A DNA stretch of 64,000 nt from Phoronis australis (lineage: Eukaryota; Animalia; Phoronida): NCBI GenBank assembly GCA_002633005.1, contig NMRA01000315.1, forward strand, positions 102,452-166,451, given 5' to 3'. Below are positions 63,441-64,000 of this stretch, piece by piece (position 1 is the first letter of the stretch; the number at the start of each line of letters is the position of its first letter). Made by a program: the position numbers and the translations under genes. The notes under the pieces are model-generated. The model was not told the origin of the DNA, ran no database searches, and was given only the letters and a program-made list of their open reading frames with translations.

Positions 63441-64000
63441 TTTGGAGACACTTTCTGAAAAATGAGCACACTTGTCTAATTTATATTTTGTCAATGAATC
63501 TATGAATAAATATACGCTAATATAGTTTGCTTGATGTTAATTTGTACGGTGCACTGTGTACTCCGGCATTCTATACCAAAATGTCGGTTCCTAGTCATTT
63601 TATCTCCCTACCTATAAACCAACTAGTCGATGGTTTTGAAATAGTTCGCAACGACATCATGATACATTTAAGTTAGGAATGGAGACAAGTTAGTTGGATT
63701 CTCGAAATTTTAAGATAATAAAAACACGCACGGTGTCATTTTCTCACAATTTCGAGGTTCATTCAGATATAGTCCATATACATGTAGTGAGCATAATGTT
63801 TTGTTATGTAGGTGAATTTTAAGGGGAAAGGTATTAGAATAACACCTAACGATGTTGATACACTTAGGAGCATTTTACGTGGGGACGTCATTAAAGTGGT
63901 GTATTACATTTTGTGAGACTGAACATCCTCATGGCGCCGCACCGCGGTGCAATTGTCTGTGTTGAAACTGCGTGTGTTTGATAACCTTAGTGACACTGGA

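Overview
AT-rich, intron-containing animal genomic DNA, most likely from a marine lophotrochozoan-type invertebrate (inferred from gene and transposon content, not determined). Bases 1-13.7 kb are nested transposon debris: spliced SGNH-esterase pseudo-exons, a Maverick/Polinton-type pPolB relic, a Hero-like non-LTR fragment, a compact frameshifted USP deubiquitinase, an internally deleted Gmr1-like Gypsy element and an orphan C2H2 exon. Host genes are an alpha-type (OAMB-like) octopamine receptor (21.1-22.7 kb), an orphan peptide-receptor-like GPCR (45.3-46.3 kb, minus) and three spliced genes I assembled by hand from phase-compatible GT-AG exons: a 328-aa basic/coiled-coil protein, an 826-aa orphan and a 129-aa secreted four-EF-hand protein. 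Two weaker spliced candidates are also listed. The most striking structures are (i) a 1.5-kb TTAA-flanked Kolobok-type foldback element whose ~0.55-0.58-kb inverted arms each contain a THAP ORF, and (ii) a related element captured as filled and empty alleles on either side of an assembly gap. There is also a clean solo LTR with a 5-bp TSD, and a repeat pair that differs by an internal inversion. No rRNA, intact tRNA or CRISPR array was seen. All family assignments come from motif recognition by eye; no searches were run.
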